A DNA stretch of 64,000 nt from Nitrososphaeria archaeon (lineage in GTDB: Archaea; Thermoproteota; Nitrososphaeria; Nitrososphaerales; JAAOZN01). Positions 18,389-29,423 of the stretch are shown piece after piece. The notes under the pieces are model-generated. The model was not told the DNA's origin and did not search any database. It saw only the letters and a program-made list of their open reading frames with translations. Made by a program: the position numbers and the translations under genes. The stretch's first letter is position 1; each line of letters starts with the position of its first letter. Location of the stretch: contig JARVJZ010000001.1 of the NCBI GenBank assembly GCA_029775855.1, positions 160,001 to 224,000 on the forward strand. The letters run 5' to 3'.

Positions 18389-20544
18389 AGTATGTTTTGA
18401 ACCTGTTTCTTTATCTTTTTAGCTAATGCCAGTCCTATTTTAGGTATGGCTGATAGCTGCTCTTCTTTGGCTGAAGCGAGCTTTGATAGGTCTGTAAAGC
18501 CTCGACTGTATAGCGCTCTTGCTCTAACACGCCCTATACCTTCTAGCTTAGTGAGGGGTAGAAGTTCAGATCTTACACCATACTTGACTCTGAGCCTCAT
18601 CTCCTCTATCGCGTCAACAATATGATTAATTTGAAGCATCTTAGCTATCTCCTTCAAGGAGTAAAGTAGCCATTCGCCGTTTTCAGTGATTCTGTAAAGG
18701 TCTCCTGGCTCTACACCATACTTCTCTAAGATGGTATCTTCGCTAGCTTCTCTTATCCAAGCATCTAATACAAGCAGGTTTCTGAATGGCTCTATGTCTC
18801 CTATGTAGTTTTCATCTCCATATGGTTCTATAAGGAACTCATCATAATGCTCCTCTATATATTCCCGAGCTTCCACTGTGTCTTTGCTTCTTAAGCCTAA
18901 CCTAGGCGACATATCTGGGGCTATTGAGATCAAGTGAATAAAACCGGCATCATATCTCCGACCTATCTTGCACCGCTGCAGCGCTCTCTTAAAGAGCACG
19001 CCGGTCTCGGGGTCTATGTAGAGTAATGATATTCTCTTTCCGAATTCTGTCGCCATATATCTTTTACCGACTTTAACTATCAACTCGTCGCGAAGCAGTT
19101 TCTCTAGGCATCTGCTTAACCTAATCTTGACGGTTGGGCGCCTATACTGAAGCGCGAAGAGTGTATTAGAAAAGAATTCCTCAATATCTTCATCACTTAA
19201 CCCAGGTATGCTAGCTACTGTAGCTAAAAGATGTGTCCGAAGTGTGCCTTCTTCTGCTAGCTGAGATGTTATCGGCTCAGGCTCGCCTTTTATGTAGTTT
19301 TCGAATAGCTCTTCTTTGGTAAAAGAGGGCGACGCTACTAGAATCGTCTCACCGATTTCGTCAAACTTAGGTCTACCAGCTCTACCACACATCTGCTTGT
19401 ATTCTAGCACAGAAATTAGGTTCTGTCCACCGTATTCTGCATCGTATCGGTAGAGGCTGGATATAACAACTCGCCTAGCTGGAAGATTTACACCAGCAGC
19501 GAGTGTTGGTGTCGCCACTAAGATCTTTATCAACCTCTTTCTATAAGCTTCCTCTACGATTCTTCTGTGTATAGGTGCTAGTCCAGCGTGGTGAAAGGCT
19601 GAGCCGAGTTGAACCGCTTCAGCTAGTGCTCTGCTTAAAGAGGTTTCTTCACTTTCAGTTAATATGCTTCTGCTTAATTTATCCAATTCTTCTTTCTCTC
19701 TATCTGTCAAATAGCTTTTAGTAACTTCAGACGCCTTTGAAGCCAAGCTTACAGCTCTTCTTCTAGTATCAGCAAAGATCAATGCTTGCCCTCCGTCTTC
19801 AAGCACATCTGCAGCTACATCTATCGCAGCCCCTCTACCAGTATTCCTAACAGTTTTAACCCTACCATCAGCATATATGATCCTACCGTGCTCCCACACT
19901 CCCTCAACGAGCTTGACTGGTCTCCAATTGATGTTGATAAGCTCGGCGTTAAGCCACCTAGCTATTGTAGAGCCGTTGGTTATCGTGGCACTCAAACCTA
20001 TTATTTGAGAATCAGCTGAGAAGGCTCTAATCTTGGTCAATATGCTTTCTAAAGTCGCTCCTCTTCTAGGCGAGCCAACAAGGTGAACTTCATCAGCCAC
20101 ATAGAGCTTAACATCATCCAACCAAGACGCACCGTGTCTAAGTATAGAGTCAAACCGCTCGTTAGTGAGTATAAGCAAATCACCGTCCCTAAGAAACTCG
20201 CCAGAAGAATCATAGTCCCCAGTCGAAATGCGCACATTAACCATCGATCCATTAGGCTTAACCAAAGATTCAAGTATCTTAAATTCTTCAAACTTTTCAG
20301 CAGCCAGAGCCCTTAAAGGTGTTAGATAGACAACCTTACATCCATCCTCTAAAATCCTCTTACCCGCAGCAAGCAGTGCAACTAAGGTCTTACCGCTAGC
20401 AGTAGGTGTAGTTAGAAGAACACTTTCGCCTTGAAGCACACCTCTTTTCACAGCTTCCTCTTGAGGAGGGTAAAGCTCTACATACCCCATCTCCTCTAAG
20501 AGGTCAGCCAAGCTTCTGGGTATGGGTATTTCCCTTATTCGCAA
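18385..20544 (-). CDS. hel308: ATP-dependent DNA helicase Hel308 (Ski2-like)
   Basis: PTASGKT, DEVH, SAT, HHAGL, TPTLAAGVNLPA, QMCGRAGRP, C-terminal HhH. Confidence 0.95.
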   Translation of the reverse strand: MRIREIPIPRSLADLLEEMGYVELYPPQEEAVKRGVLQGESVLLTTPTASGKTLVALLAAGKRILEDGCKVVYLTPLRALAAEKFEEFKILESLVKPNGSMVNVRISTGDYDSSGEFLRDGDLLILTNERFDSILRHGASWLDDVKLYVADEVHLVGSPRRGATLESILTKIRAFSADSQIIGLSATITNGSTIARWLNAELININWRPVKLVEGVWEHGRIIYADGRVKTVRNTGRGAAIDVAADVLEDGGQALIFADTRRRAVSLASKASEVTKSYLTDREKEELDKLSRSILTESEETSLSRALAEAVQLGSAFHHAGLAPIHRRIVEEAYRKRLIKILVATPTLAAGVNLPARRVVISSLYRYDAEYGGQNLISVLEYKQMCGRAGRPKFDEIGETILVASPSFTKEELFENYIKGEPEPITSQLAEEGTLRTHLLATVASIPGLSDEDIEEFFSNTLFALQYRRPTVKIRLSRCLEKLLRDELIVKVGKRYMATEFGKRISLLYIDPETGVLFKRALQRCKIGRRYDAGFIHLISIAPDMSPRLGLRSKDTVEAREYIEEHYDEFLIEPYGDENYIGDIEPFRNLLVLDAWIREASEDTILEKYGVEPGDLYRITENGEWLLYSLKEIAKMLQINHIVDAIEEMRLRVKYGVRSELLPLTKLEGIGRVRARALYSRGFTDLSKLASAKEEQLSAIPKIGLALAKKIKKQVQNIL

Positions 20545-20553
20545 AGGGTCTGC

Positions 20554-22605
20554 TCACACAGCTTTTCTAAAGTAGCCTGGTTTTACTTCATATATCTGCC
20601 CACTTCTATGTAGTATCTGTAGCATACGCTCAGCATCTTCTCTCTTGAACTTTCCAGTTTTAATGAGCTCGTCTATGAATGCCTTGCCATCTACAGGTTT
20701 CTGCTCTGCTCCGGTAAGAGACTTAAAGACTTCTAAGGCCGTTTCGAGCAGTGTTCTCTCGCTTAGAGGTTTACCGTGTAAGACTCCAAAGTCTACTTTG
20801 CCCGTTCTTACATCAACGCTTGCTGTGCTGAGCATCCTTTCCATTAGCGATATCGCTCTTAACGCGTCTTCCTCATTTACCTTATCACGCAGCATAAGCC
20901 TCGCTCTAGCTGTTGCCAACCTAATTAACGACTCGAGCTGCCTAGGTGTAATAGTTATCATAGCAGCGTCCCCCACACTTCTCATCTTGAGATAGTATTC
21001 CAGCAGCTTCTCTTCAGCTTCAGGCGTAAGCGTTGGGTTGATTCTCTTAGCGTAAATTATGTATTTCCGTAAAAGGTCTATACTGATAGGCGGGGGAGTG
21101 GCGAATGCACCCTTCCTATGTGTCTCAAGAATATGTCTTGCAACTCTCTCATCGCCAGACCTCTCAGGAAGATCTCTCAAAACAAATATTAAATCAAACC
21201 TTGTAAGAAGCGGAATGGGTAAGTTAACATTATCCGTCAAATTATGATGCGGATCATATTTGCCAAATGTAGGGTTTAGCGCTGCAAGTATGGCTGTTCT
21301 AGCGTTCAATGTGGCCACTATACCACCTTTGGCTACGCTACAAGTCTGCTGCTCCATACATTCGTGCAAAGCGCTTCTATCCTCAGGTCTCATCTTATCA
21401 AACTCATCAATACAAGCCAAGCCTTGATCAGCCAAGACGACAGCTCCAGCTTCAAGCATCATCATCCCCGTCTTCTCTCTAACAACAGCAGCCGTAAGAC
21501 CAGCAGCTGTAGAACCTCTACCAGAAGTATAAAGTGCTCTAGGTGCAACTCTAGCCACATACTTTAACATTTCAGATTTAGCTGTTCCTGGATCGCCAAT
21601 TAAAAGCACATTTATATCCCCTCTTAGCGTCGTACCATCTTCAAGAACGCGTTGAGGCGCACCTACGATCTGAAGTAGTATAGCTTCCTTTTGTGTTTCG
21701 TATCCGTAGATGGATGGCGCAACTGATGAGATCAGTCTTTCATACGCTGCGGTTTGTGAAGCGATGCTCTTTATGATCTCCTCATCTTCCTTTGTTATCT
21801 GAATCTTCTCAGGTGTTTCTCCTAGAGTTTCTACATTGTTGCCATCTAACCTAGATCTGAAGAGTCTAAACTTGACTCCCGCTTGAGCAGTTTCAGGCTC
21901 GGCCCTCAAGATTCCAGTTACTATTACTCTATCTCCTGGTCTTGCTTTGTTTACAAGGTCTCCTATTAAGCTTACATCTGTTGTTTGAGGTAGCTGCCCA
22001 GCCGGTAGCTCTTCGGGTAATTCCTGTATTCTTATGACTTGATAGTCTACAAACTCTGTCTTCTTTGGATCTAACTCGAATTCTTTAGCTTCATCGCACT
22101 CTTGGCATCTTCTAGGTTTCTGTAGGATAAGCCCTTTCTGCTCTATCATCGTGATATGCCCACCTTTTCTACATCGCCAAGCAGCCTTTACTGCCAGAGG
22201 CCTTAATTCTGATGTGCGCACCACCATTCCCGCGACTGAAATAAGCTGATCTAAATACTCGGTTGTTATTCGTCTTAATTCAACCCTGGTTGGTAACCCT
22301 CTGATTCTGACGGTCAGCTCATTCCGTATCCTCTCAGCATATGTTGCGTTTTCAACTCTAAGGGCTTCGTATGCTGCGCGATTAAAGGCTGCAAGTGTCT
22401 CATCTGGTTCACGACAGAGCTTTTCTGCTACATCAACATTAAAGAATGATAGATCATCAAAGTCTACAAGAAGAGATTTTGCGCCTGATGGGGGTATCTG
22501 AGATATACGCTCCCTATATTTTAACACGCCACTTCTATCTCTAAAGGTCTTGAGGAAGTCGCTGAGTATGTCCTGCAGACTCGCTTGTGTGAGTTCAGCC
22601 ATCAC
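20554..22605 (-). CDS. mcm: replicative helicase MCM
   Basis: GDPGTAKS, IDEFDKM, TRFDL, ITPRQLES; no intein visible. Confidence 0.98.
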   Translation of the reverse strand: MMAELTQASLQDILSDFLKTFRDRSGVLKYRERISQIPPSGAKSLLVDFDDLSFFNVDVAEKLCREPDETLAAFNRAAYEALRVENATYAERIRNELTVRIRGLPTRVELRRITTEYLDQLISVAGMVVRTSELRPLAVKAAWRCRKGGHITMIEQKGLILQKPRRCQECDEAKEFELDPKKTEFVDYQVIRIQELPEELPAGQLPQTTDVSLIGDLVNKARPGDRVIVTGILRAEPETAQAGVKFRLFRSRLDGNNVETLGETPEKIQITKEDEEIIKSIASQTAAYERLISSVAPSIYGYETQKEAILLQIVGAPQRVLEDGTTLRGDINVLLIGDPGTAKSEMLKYVARVAPRALYTSGRGSTAAGLTAAVVREKTGMMMLEAGAVVLADQGLACIDEFDKMRPEDRSALHECMEQQTCSVAKGGIVATLNARTAILAALNPTFGKYDPHHNLTDNVNLPIPLLTRFDLIFVLRDLPERSGDERVARHILETHRKGAFATPPPISIDLLRKYIIYAKRINPTLTPEAEEKLLEYYLKMRSVGDAAMITITPRQLESLIRLATARARLMLRDKVNEEDALRAISLMERMLSTASVDVRTGKVDFGVLHGKPLSERTLLETALEVFKSLTGAEQKPVDGKAFIDELIKTGKFKREDAERMLQILHRSGQIYEVKPGYFRKAV

Positions 22606-23183
22606 GCTTCACCTATCACTGAAGATAACCAACCTTTTATCAAACTTTTGACAGCTTCAACGAGCTTCTGTTCTTCAGGCGTAGTCTTCTCAACTAAATC
22701 CACGGGTAGAGCTGAGGCTGAAGCTATGTAGAGAAGCTTCTGAACTCTATACCTCATGAGATCTCTCGCAGCTGCAGCATCCTTCTCCAACTGCGCAACA
22801 AACTTAGGGTCGCTACGAGCCTTCTTTGATAGGTCCTCAAGAAAGACCTTCAGATTAACATAAAAATCCTTCTTTAAGGTTGAAAGTTGCAGAGGTCCTT
22901 GCATTCGCTCTCTGCTGAGCGATTTGAAGAGTTCTACTTCGAACCCTTCGTTTGGCGTGTATGCTAAACCAAGATTAATCAATATTTCACCCACCCATCT
23001 GGGAACCTCCAAACTAGTCCCCTCAGCTTGCTCGTCTATCTTAAATGATGGGAGATTGATGCTGGGGATATTCTGCTTAAGAATAATTTTGAGGGGCGCT
23101 AAGGCTGAAAGGTTCCCTCTTGCCTCCATAAGGAATTCTATGGGTGAGGTTGCGTTCCCCATGTCAGACACTTCTCCTACCAT
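22602..23183 (-). CDS. GINS complex subunit (Gins23)
   Basis: EVPRW B-domain motif, FY, TPEE; translationally coupled to mcm. Confidence 0.8.
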   Translation of the reverse strand: MVGEVSDMGNATSPIEFLMEARGNLSALAPLKIILKQNIPSINLPSFKIDEQAEGTSLEVPRWVGEILINLGLAYTPNEGFEVELFKSLSRERMQGPLQLSTLKKDFYVNLKVFLEDLSKKARSDPKFVAQLEKDAAAARDLMRYRVQKLLYIASASALPVDLVEKTTPEEQKLVEAVKSLIKGWLSSVIGEA

Positions 23184-23342
23184 TCTATCTAATCCTATGC
23201 TTTAAACTTGCTCCTGAACTTATTCAGCTAAAAATATAAAGAGTTAAATTGATTGAACACAATTATAATATCTTGATGTCAACCAAAGAAGCGTTGCGCA
23301 TAAATGCAAACAATTTTATGGCATCAGAGGTGAAGTAAGGCT

Positions 23343-23699
23343 ATGGCTACACTTGAAGAGAGAATAAAAGCGGTTATAGCGCGAATAAATAGAGAAATCG
23401 GTGAAGACGCAGCCCTACGCTACGAAGGATTCGAAAAGGGCATCCTTAAACTTAGACCCTCTGAAGCCTGCTCTGACTGCAAACTTTTAGCCTTCGAGCT
23501 TCAAAAAGGGATACTTAACACCATCAAAGAAGAAGTTCCTGAAGTTTTATGCATATTACCACTTGGTCCAGCGTTTGCAGAAGCCTTCTGCGACAAGTGT
23601 CATATGCCTCTTGAGAAGTGTGTTTGCGCTTGCCCCTACTGTGGAAAGGTTGATGACTGCGACTGTGCTTTAGGCTATGGAAGAGCAACAGGCGGTTAG
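23343..23699 (+). CDS. NifU/Nfu-like domain protein with Cys-rich C-terminal module ending in GG
   Basis: Nfu-like ACSDC..IKEEVPEV; tail [25 protein letters not shown]. Confidence 0.7.
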   Translation: MATLEERIKAVIARINREIGEDAALRYEGFEKGILKLRPSEACSDCKLLAFELQKGILNTIKEEVPEVLCILPLGPAFAEAFCDKCHMPLEKCVCACPYCGKVDDCDCALGYGRATGG

Positions 23700-25635
23700 T
23701 TCTATGCTAAATAACTTCACATATATGGTTGGCGGTCAGCAGGGGAGCGGAGTAGACACCTCAGCGAACATATTCGCTAAAGCCTGCGGCTTGGCTGGTC
23801 TTGAGATCTATGGAAAAAGAGAATATCATTCTAACATAAAGGGTATGCACAGCTATTTTCAGTTGAAGGTCAACAGTCAACCTGTAAGATCCTTAACGAG
23901 TAAAGTAGACCTCTTAGCTTCCTTTGATGAAGAGACGCTTGCTGTTCACTACGATGAGGTTTCCACCGGCGGGGGTGTGATCTATGATCCTAAGACCTTA
24001 GATAAGAAAATTACAAGCATACCTACTCTAGATAAGATTGTGGTCAATCGTCTAATAAAACGCCTCGAAGCGCAAGGTCTTAACTTAACTATAGAGAGTT
24101 TGATAGAAGAATGTAGAAGAAGAGGTGTGCATACATACCCCCTACCTTATGATGAAATATTGACTGAAATATCTAAGAAGTCGGAGAAGAAATTTAGTGA
24201 ATTAGCGAGAATGATTAATGTCTTGGCTGTTGCTTCAAGCCTAGCGTTGGTCGAGCTCGAAATAACCTACATAGAGCGAGCAATAAAAAATGTTTTTAGA
24301 GGAAAGGCTAAGGCTGTTGAAGAAAACATCGAAGGCGCAAAGATCGCATATGAATATGTTAAGAATCACTATAGCGCATCCTTTCCATATAAGCTCAAAA
24401 GCCAACCAAACGGAAAACGCCTACTATTAACTGGTAATGAAGCTATCGCTCTAGGCAAGTTAGTTGGTGGCTGCAGATTCCAAAGCTACTATCCGATTAC
24501 ACCAGCAGCAGATGAAAGCATCTTTCTGGAAGCCCGCGCCATCTTTAGACTAAACGGAAAGGATGAAGTAGGCTCTATAGTGGTCTTCCAAACAGAAGAT
24601 GAACTCGCAGCATTAACAAGCGCAACAGGAGCCGGATTAGCGGGTGCACGCGCAGCTACATCAACCTCAGGACCAGGATTCTCCGTTATGGTTGAGGGAC
24701 TAGGGTGGGCTGGTATGAACGAGGTGCCGGTAGTCGTCACATTGTATCAGAGAGGCGGCCCATCCACTGGTCTACCTACAAGGCACGAGCAAGGTGATCT
24801 TAGATACGCTCTTCACGCTGGGCATGGCGAGTTCCCTAGAATTGTTATAGCCTCTGGCGATATTGAGGAAGCTTTCTACGATGCTGCCCAAGCCTTCAAT
24901 TATGCTGAAAAGTATCAGACGGTGGTTATTCATCTGGTAGACAAGGCTTTAGCTAATAGTAATCAGACAGTTAAGCTAGATCCTAGTATCGTTAGGATAG
25001 AGCGTGGCAACCTTCTAAGCGAAGAGGATATAGTGAAGGTTAAGAGTGCAGGAGGTGAGTATAAGCGTTTTGCCTACACGCCATCAGGAATATCGCCAAG
25101 AGTAAAGCTCGGTACAAAAGGATGTGTCTTCTGGAATTCTGGTGATGAACACGATGAATTAGGGCACATAAATGAAAATCCTGAAAATAGGGTTATGATG
25201 ATGGATAAGCGTATGAGTAAACTAGAATTGGCTGATTCTGAGATTCCCCTCGGCGAGAAGATCAAATATTTTGGTAGCGAGGATGCGAAGTTTAAGGTTG
25301 TAAGCTGGGGCTCGACTAAAGGCGCGATCTTAGATGCAATACATCATCTAAGTGAAGAGGGTATAGAAATAGGCTTTCTCCAAATCAAGATGTTATGCCC
25401 TCTGCCCTCAAACGATATATCAAAAATACTTGAAGACTCAAAGGTTATAGATGTTGAAATGAACTACTCTGGTCAGCTAGGAGGTTTAATAACAGAAAAG
25501 ACGGGCATTAAAGTTAGCAACTACATCGTAAAATATAACGGCAGACCCATGTTCCAAGACGAAGTATATCAATCTTTAAAAGATGTGGTTGAAGGAACGG
25601 CACCAAAAAGGAGGGTCCTCACACTTGGCGCTTAA
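23677..25635 (+). CDS. 2-oxoacid:ferredoxin oxidoreductase alpha subunit (gamma-alpha fusion)
   Basis: [39 protein letters not shown]; likely start ATG 23704. Confidence 0.95.
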   Translation: MEEQQAVSSMLNNFTYMVGGQQGSGVDTSANIFAKACGLAGLEIYGKREYHSNIKGMHSYFQLKVNSQPVRSLTSKVDLLASFDEETLAVHYDEVSTGGGVIYDPKTLDKKITSIPTLDKIVVNRLIKRLEAQGLNLTIESLIEECRRRGVHTYPLPYDEILTEISKKSEKKFSELARMINVLAVASSLALVELEITYIERAIKNVFRGKAKAVEENIEGAKIAYEYVKNHYSASFPYKLKSQPNGKRLLLTGNEAIALGKLVGGCRFQSYYPITPAADESIFLEARAIFRLNGKDEVGSIVVFQTEDELAALTSATGAGLAGARAATSTSGPGFSVMVEGLGWAGMNEVPVVVTLYQRGGPSTGLPTRHEQGDLRYALHAGHGEFPRIVIASGDIEEAFYDAAQAFNYAEKYQTVVIHLVDKALANSNQTVKLDPSIVRIERGNLLSEEDIVKVKSAGGEYKRFAYTPSGISPRVKLGTKGCVFWNSGDEHDELGHINENPENRVMMMDKRMSKLELADSEIPLGEKIKYFGSEDAKFKVVSWGSTKGAILDAIHHLSEEGIEIGFLQIKMLCPLPSNDISKILEDSKVIDVEMNYSGQLGGLITEKTGIKVSNYIVKYNGRPMFQDEVYQSLKDVVEGTAPKRRVLTLGA

Positions 25636-26596
25636 ATTAGCTGATTTTAAAGAGCAGATACACAATGACTGGTGCCCAGGATGTGGAGACTTCGGCATCC
25701 TGAGTGCTCTTCAGTCTGCTTTGGCTGAACTTAATCTAGAGCCTCATCAAGTAGCAATCTTCTCTGGGATAGGCTGCTCAGGTAAACTTCCCCACTTTGT
25801 TAAGGCTTATGGTATACACACACTACACGGCAGACCTTTACCATACGCTTTAGGTGCGAAGTTAGCGAACCCGAATCTTGAGGTTATAGCTGTTAGCGGT
25901 GATGGTGATGGGTTAGGTATAGGTGTAAGTCACTTTGTTCACGCCGGTAGGCGAAATGTAGATGTGACTTACATAGTGCACGACAATGGTGTTTACGGGC
26001 TTACAAAGGGTCAGGCTTCCCCCACTCTGAAGCTTGGTGTTAAAACCAAGGCTATACCTGAGCCTAATATCAATGATGCTGTTAACCCGATCTTCTTAGC
26101 CCTAGCTGCTGGCGTCACATTCATAGCTAGAGGATATGCCTATGATATCAAGCATCTTAAAGATCTGTTGGTGAAGGCGATTAGACATAAGGGCTTCGCC
26201 TTTATAGATGTGCTTCAACCTTGCCCAACCTATAACGATGTCAACACAAAGGCCTTCTACTCTGGTGAAGATAGATTAGACCCGCTAACCAAGAAGCCGA
26301 GGCCTAGAGTGTATAGGCTTGAAGACTTGGGGTATGATCCCGTTGTTAGAGCCGATATGACTAAGGAGCAGGTTATGGCAAAGATCTATAAGGTAATCGA
26401 GCTCTCGTTAGAATGGGGTGACCATATACCTATAGGCGTCTTCTACCAAAATGAGACTATGCCAACATATGAACAGAGGTTAGAGCAGAGGCTCCGCGCA
26501 TACCTATCTAATCCACCGGCTAACCAGAGGCTAAACACACCAGAGGGATTTTCAGCAACGGACATATCTGAGATCTTGCAAGAGCTGAGTGTCTAG
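25625..26596 (+). CDS. 2-oxoacid:ferredoxin oxidoreductase beta subunit
   Basis: [18 protein letters not shown] motif [19 protein letters not shown]; TTG 25625 chosen over ORF start 25583. Confidence 0.95.
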   Translation: MALKLADFKEQIHNDWCPGCGDFGILSALQSALAELNLEPHQVAIFSGIGCSGKLPHFVKAYGIHTLHGRPLPYALGAKLANPNLEVIAVSGDGDGLGIGVSHFVHAGRRNVDVTYIVHDNGVYGLTKGQASPTLKLGVKTKAIPEPNINDAVNPIFLALAAGVTFIARGYAYDIKHLKDLLVKAIRHKGFAFIDVLQPCPTYNDVNTKAFYSGEDRLDPLTKKPRPRVYRLEDLGYDPVVRADMTKEQVMAKIYKVIELSLEWGDHIPIGVFYQNETMPTYEQRLEQRLRAYLSNPPANQRLNTPEGFSATDISEILQELSV

Positions 26597-26620
26597 CAAG
26601 CTCAGCTGCACACCTAACAT

Positions 26621-27526
26621 TTATCCTATCACCTCTTTAACCCAGCTTATAGTCTTCTTTAACCCCTCTTCAAATGAAACCATTGGTTCGTAGCCGAGTT
26701 TCTTTTTAATCTTAGAAACATCTGGGTAGCTTCTCATAGGCTCACGCTCAGCATCACTCCTAGGAGGTAGAATCAAAAGTTTTGAATCGGAATTAGTTAA
26801 CCTCTTCACCTCCTCAGCTACTTGCCTAATGGAGCGTTCTGCACCCGTGCCTACATTGAACACCTCCCCTATAGCTTGAGGGTTAAGTAGACATAGTTCA
26901 ACCGCTTTGGCGTAGTTTTCAACATAATAGGGGTCAGTAGTGTCAGCTCCACCATTATAGAGTGGTATATCCACTCCTTGTAGGCAGCATCTTATAAAGT
27001 TAGGTATAGCAGCTGTAAGCCTCTCATACTCCCCAAAGATCTTCCAAGAGCGAAGCACCGTAGCCTTTAACCCTTTATGCATCACATAACTTCTAACAAG
27101 GTACTCACCAATAACCTTAGAGAAGTCATATGGCGTTCTTGGGTTGAAAGAAGTTTCTTCTTTGACTGGCAGTTCAAGAGGCAGCCCATAAACATTAGCT
27201 GAACTTGCATATATAAACCTCTCAACACCTTTTGACGCCGCAGCATCTAAGATGTTTAGTGTACCAAAGTCATTCACAAGATATGTTCCATACGGGTCTT
27301 GGAGGCTCAGCTTGATGTCAGTTATTGCAGCAAGATGAACCACAGCGTCAAAATCAAGCTTACCAAGCACTTGAAGCACAAACTCTCTGTTAGACAGATC
27401 ACCATTCACATCAGCTCCTCTAAGGTCTGTAGTATAGACGTTAAAGCCTCTTTTAGAGAGGTATGATGTAATATGTCGCCCGATGAATCCTGATGCCCCA
27501 GTAACAAGTACATTCAGATTAGGCAT
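26621..27526 (-). CDS. NAD-dependent nucleotide-sugar epimerase/dehydratase
   Basis: VTGASGFIG, HLAA, SSANVYG, YDFSK (YxxxK). Confidence 0.92.
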   Translation of the reverse strand: MPNLNVLVTGASGFIGRHITSYLSKRGFNVYTTDLRGADVNGDLSNREFVLQVLGKLDFDAVVHLAAITDIKLSLQDPYGTYLVNDFGTLNILDAAASKGVERFIYASSANVYGLPLELPVKEETSFNPRTPYDFSKVIGEYLVRSYVMHKGLKATVLRSWKIFGEYERLTAAIPNFIRCCLQGVDIPLYNGGADTTDPYYVENYAKAVELCLLNPQAIGEVFNVGTGAERSIRQVAEEVKRLTNSDSKLLILPPRSDAEREPMRSYPDVSKIKKKLGYEPMVSFEEGLKKTISWVKEVIG

Positions 27527-27587
27527 ACTTTTGCTGAAAATAATCTGTATATTTAAAAAGTTATCTAACTAACCAACTCCCAACTAT

Positions 27588-29327
27588 TTACTGCAGGTAT
27601 GCTGAGACAACATACTTATGAAGCATAAAGTTGGTGTTGAATCTTGGCGCTAAGATCTTTATAGAATTCTTCATCATATTGATCCATTCACCTCTTGCTT
27701 TGTAATATTTAGGTAGTATTATGTATTCCAGTTTCGCATAGAGGTCTTCAAGTTCCTTCATATACCTTTCCTCCGCAGAAATCTGAGCATCTGGATGCGG
27801 CCCTATAGCCCACCCGGTAACGTTTTCAACCCAGCCTTCAAGCCACCACCCATCCAGCACACTAAAATTCAGCACACCGTTGTGCGCTGCTTTCATTCCG
27901 CTCGTTCCACAAGCTTCATAAGGCGGTAGTGGTGTGTTGAGCCAGACGTCGCACCCTGCGACCATTTTCGCCGCTATGGAAATGTTGTAGTTTTCTAGGT
28001 ATGCTGTCTTTATGCAGCCGCTTAGCTCCTTCATGTGGCGGTGGACCGCTTCTATCATCTCTTTTCCGTAGATGTCGTTTAGATGCGCTTTCCCAGACAT
28101 TATTATCTGAAGTTTATTCACTTTTCCTATTTTCTTCAATCTTCTTAAATCTGAGAAGACCAATGTGTGCCTCTTATATCCAGTCGCCCTTCTAGCGAAG
28201 CCTATTGTTAAAGCGTCATAGGTTAGGTTGTTTGAGGTCTTCTGATTTACAAAATCTATCAGCTCCTTCTTGGCCTCCATATGTGCTTCCCAGAGCTCGT
28301 CGCTGGGTATAATATCTACTCTGCTTAAAAGCTCTGGTTCTTTACTCCACCCGGGTAAGTATTTGTCGTATAGTGCTCTTAGGCTTCTGCAGACCCAAGT
28401 GTATGAATGCACACCATTGGTTATAGCTTTTATGTCATGGTTTGGGAAGAGCTGTTTAGAAACCTCAGCGTGCTTTTTACTAACCCCGTTTACGAAACCG
28501 CTTAAATTTAATCCGAGTAGTGTCATATTGAGGGCGTCGTGCCCGCCATATCTTCTTAGGTGTTCTTCAGGCAATATATCCCCTAAGATGCTCTTTACCA
28601 AGTCATAGTGGAAGATGTCGTGGGCAGAGTTTGTGGGGGTGTGTGTTGTGAAGACACATCTCCTTCTAACCGCTTCTGCATCCATCTCATATCTTCTGAG
28701 CAGCTCTAATGCAACGAAGCTCGTATGCCCCTCATTCATATGATACTTCTTTACAGAGTAGCCCAATGTATCAAGCATCCTTACCCCACCTATGCCTAAA
28801 ATCGCTTCTTGCTTCAACCTATAGGCTCGGTCATCTCCATATAACAAAGACGTAATCTCCCTATCGATGGCTGTATTTGCATCAAGATTTGTGTCTAAAA
28901 ATATGAGAGGAACACGAGAACCATCGACACCTTTTACTTCTAACTTCCAAGCGCCAACCTTAACGCTTCTACCTTCCAACCCAACGGTGACTTCTGTAGG
29001 AAGCTTCGTCAGATACTTAGATGGATCCCATTCATCTAACTCCTCTATCTGCTTTCCCTCTGGTGTTAGGCTCTGCTTGTAGTAGCCTCGCCTATTAAGT
29101 AAAGTTACTCCAACAAATGGTATGCCTAGGTCTGCGGCAGCTCTTAGGGTGTCTGCTGCAAGTATCCCTAACCCACCGCTGTAAATAGGTATTTCACTCG
29201 ATAAACCAACTTCCATTGTAAAGTATGCTATTATATTGCCGTTGGGTGTTTGCATGAATGTTCGCCGGAGTTGGTTTCCATCCCTAACTATAATAGTTAA
29301 ATCTTTTGGTCTACTTTTTTTAGCCAT
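27588..29327 (-). CDS. glgP: alpha-glucan (maltodextrin/glycogen) phosphorylase
   Basis: YSGGLGILA, HMNEGH, FTTHTP, ITNGVH, EACGTSGMKA PLP motif; start may be ATG 29255. Confidence 0.95.
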   Translation of the reverse strand: MAKKSRPKDLTIIVRDGNQLRRTFMQTPNGNIIAYFTMEVGLSSEIPIYSGGLGILAADTLRAAADLGIPFVGVTLLNRRGYYKQSLTPEGKQIEELDEWDPSKYLTKLPTEVTVGLEGRSVKVGAWKLEVKGVDGSRVPLIFLDTNLDANTAIDREITSLLYGDDRAYRLKQEAILGIGGVRMLDTLGYSVKKYHMNEGHTSFVALELLRRYEMDAEAVRRRCVFTTHTPTNSAHDIFHYDLVKSILGDILPEEHLRRYGGHDALNMTLLGLNLSGFVNGVSKKHAEVSKQLFPNHDIKAITNGVHSYTWVCRSLRALYDKYLPGWSKEPELLSRVDIIPSDELWEAHMEAKKELIDFVNQKTSNNLTYDALTIGFARRATGYKRHTLVFSDLRRLKKIGKVNKLQIIMSGKAHLNDIYGKEMIEAVHRHMKELSGCIKTAYLENYNISIAAKMVAGCDVWLNTPLPPYEACGTSGMKAAHNGVLNFSVLDGWWLEGWVENVTGWAIGPHPDAQISAEERYMKELEDLYAKLEYIILPKYYKARGEWINMMKNSIKILAPRFNTNFMLHKYVVSAYLQ

Positions 29328-29423
29328 TTATTTTTCGGTCTTTGAATCATTTAGTTTCTTTCTAATTTCTATATGTATAGTATAATTTAAATTTAAGTTT
29401 TACTAAAAAAGAACATAGTAATA

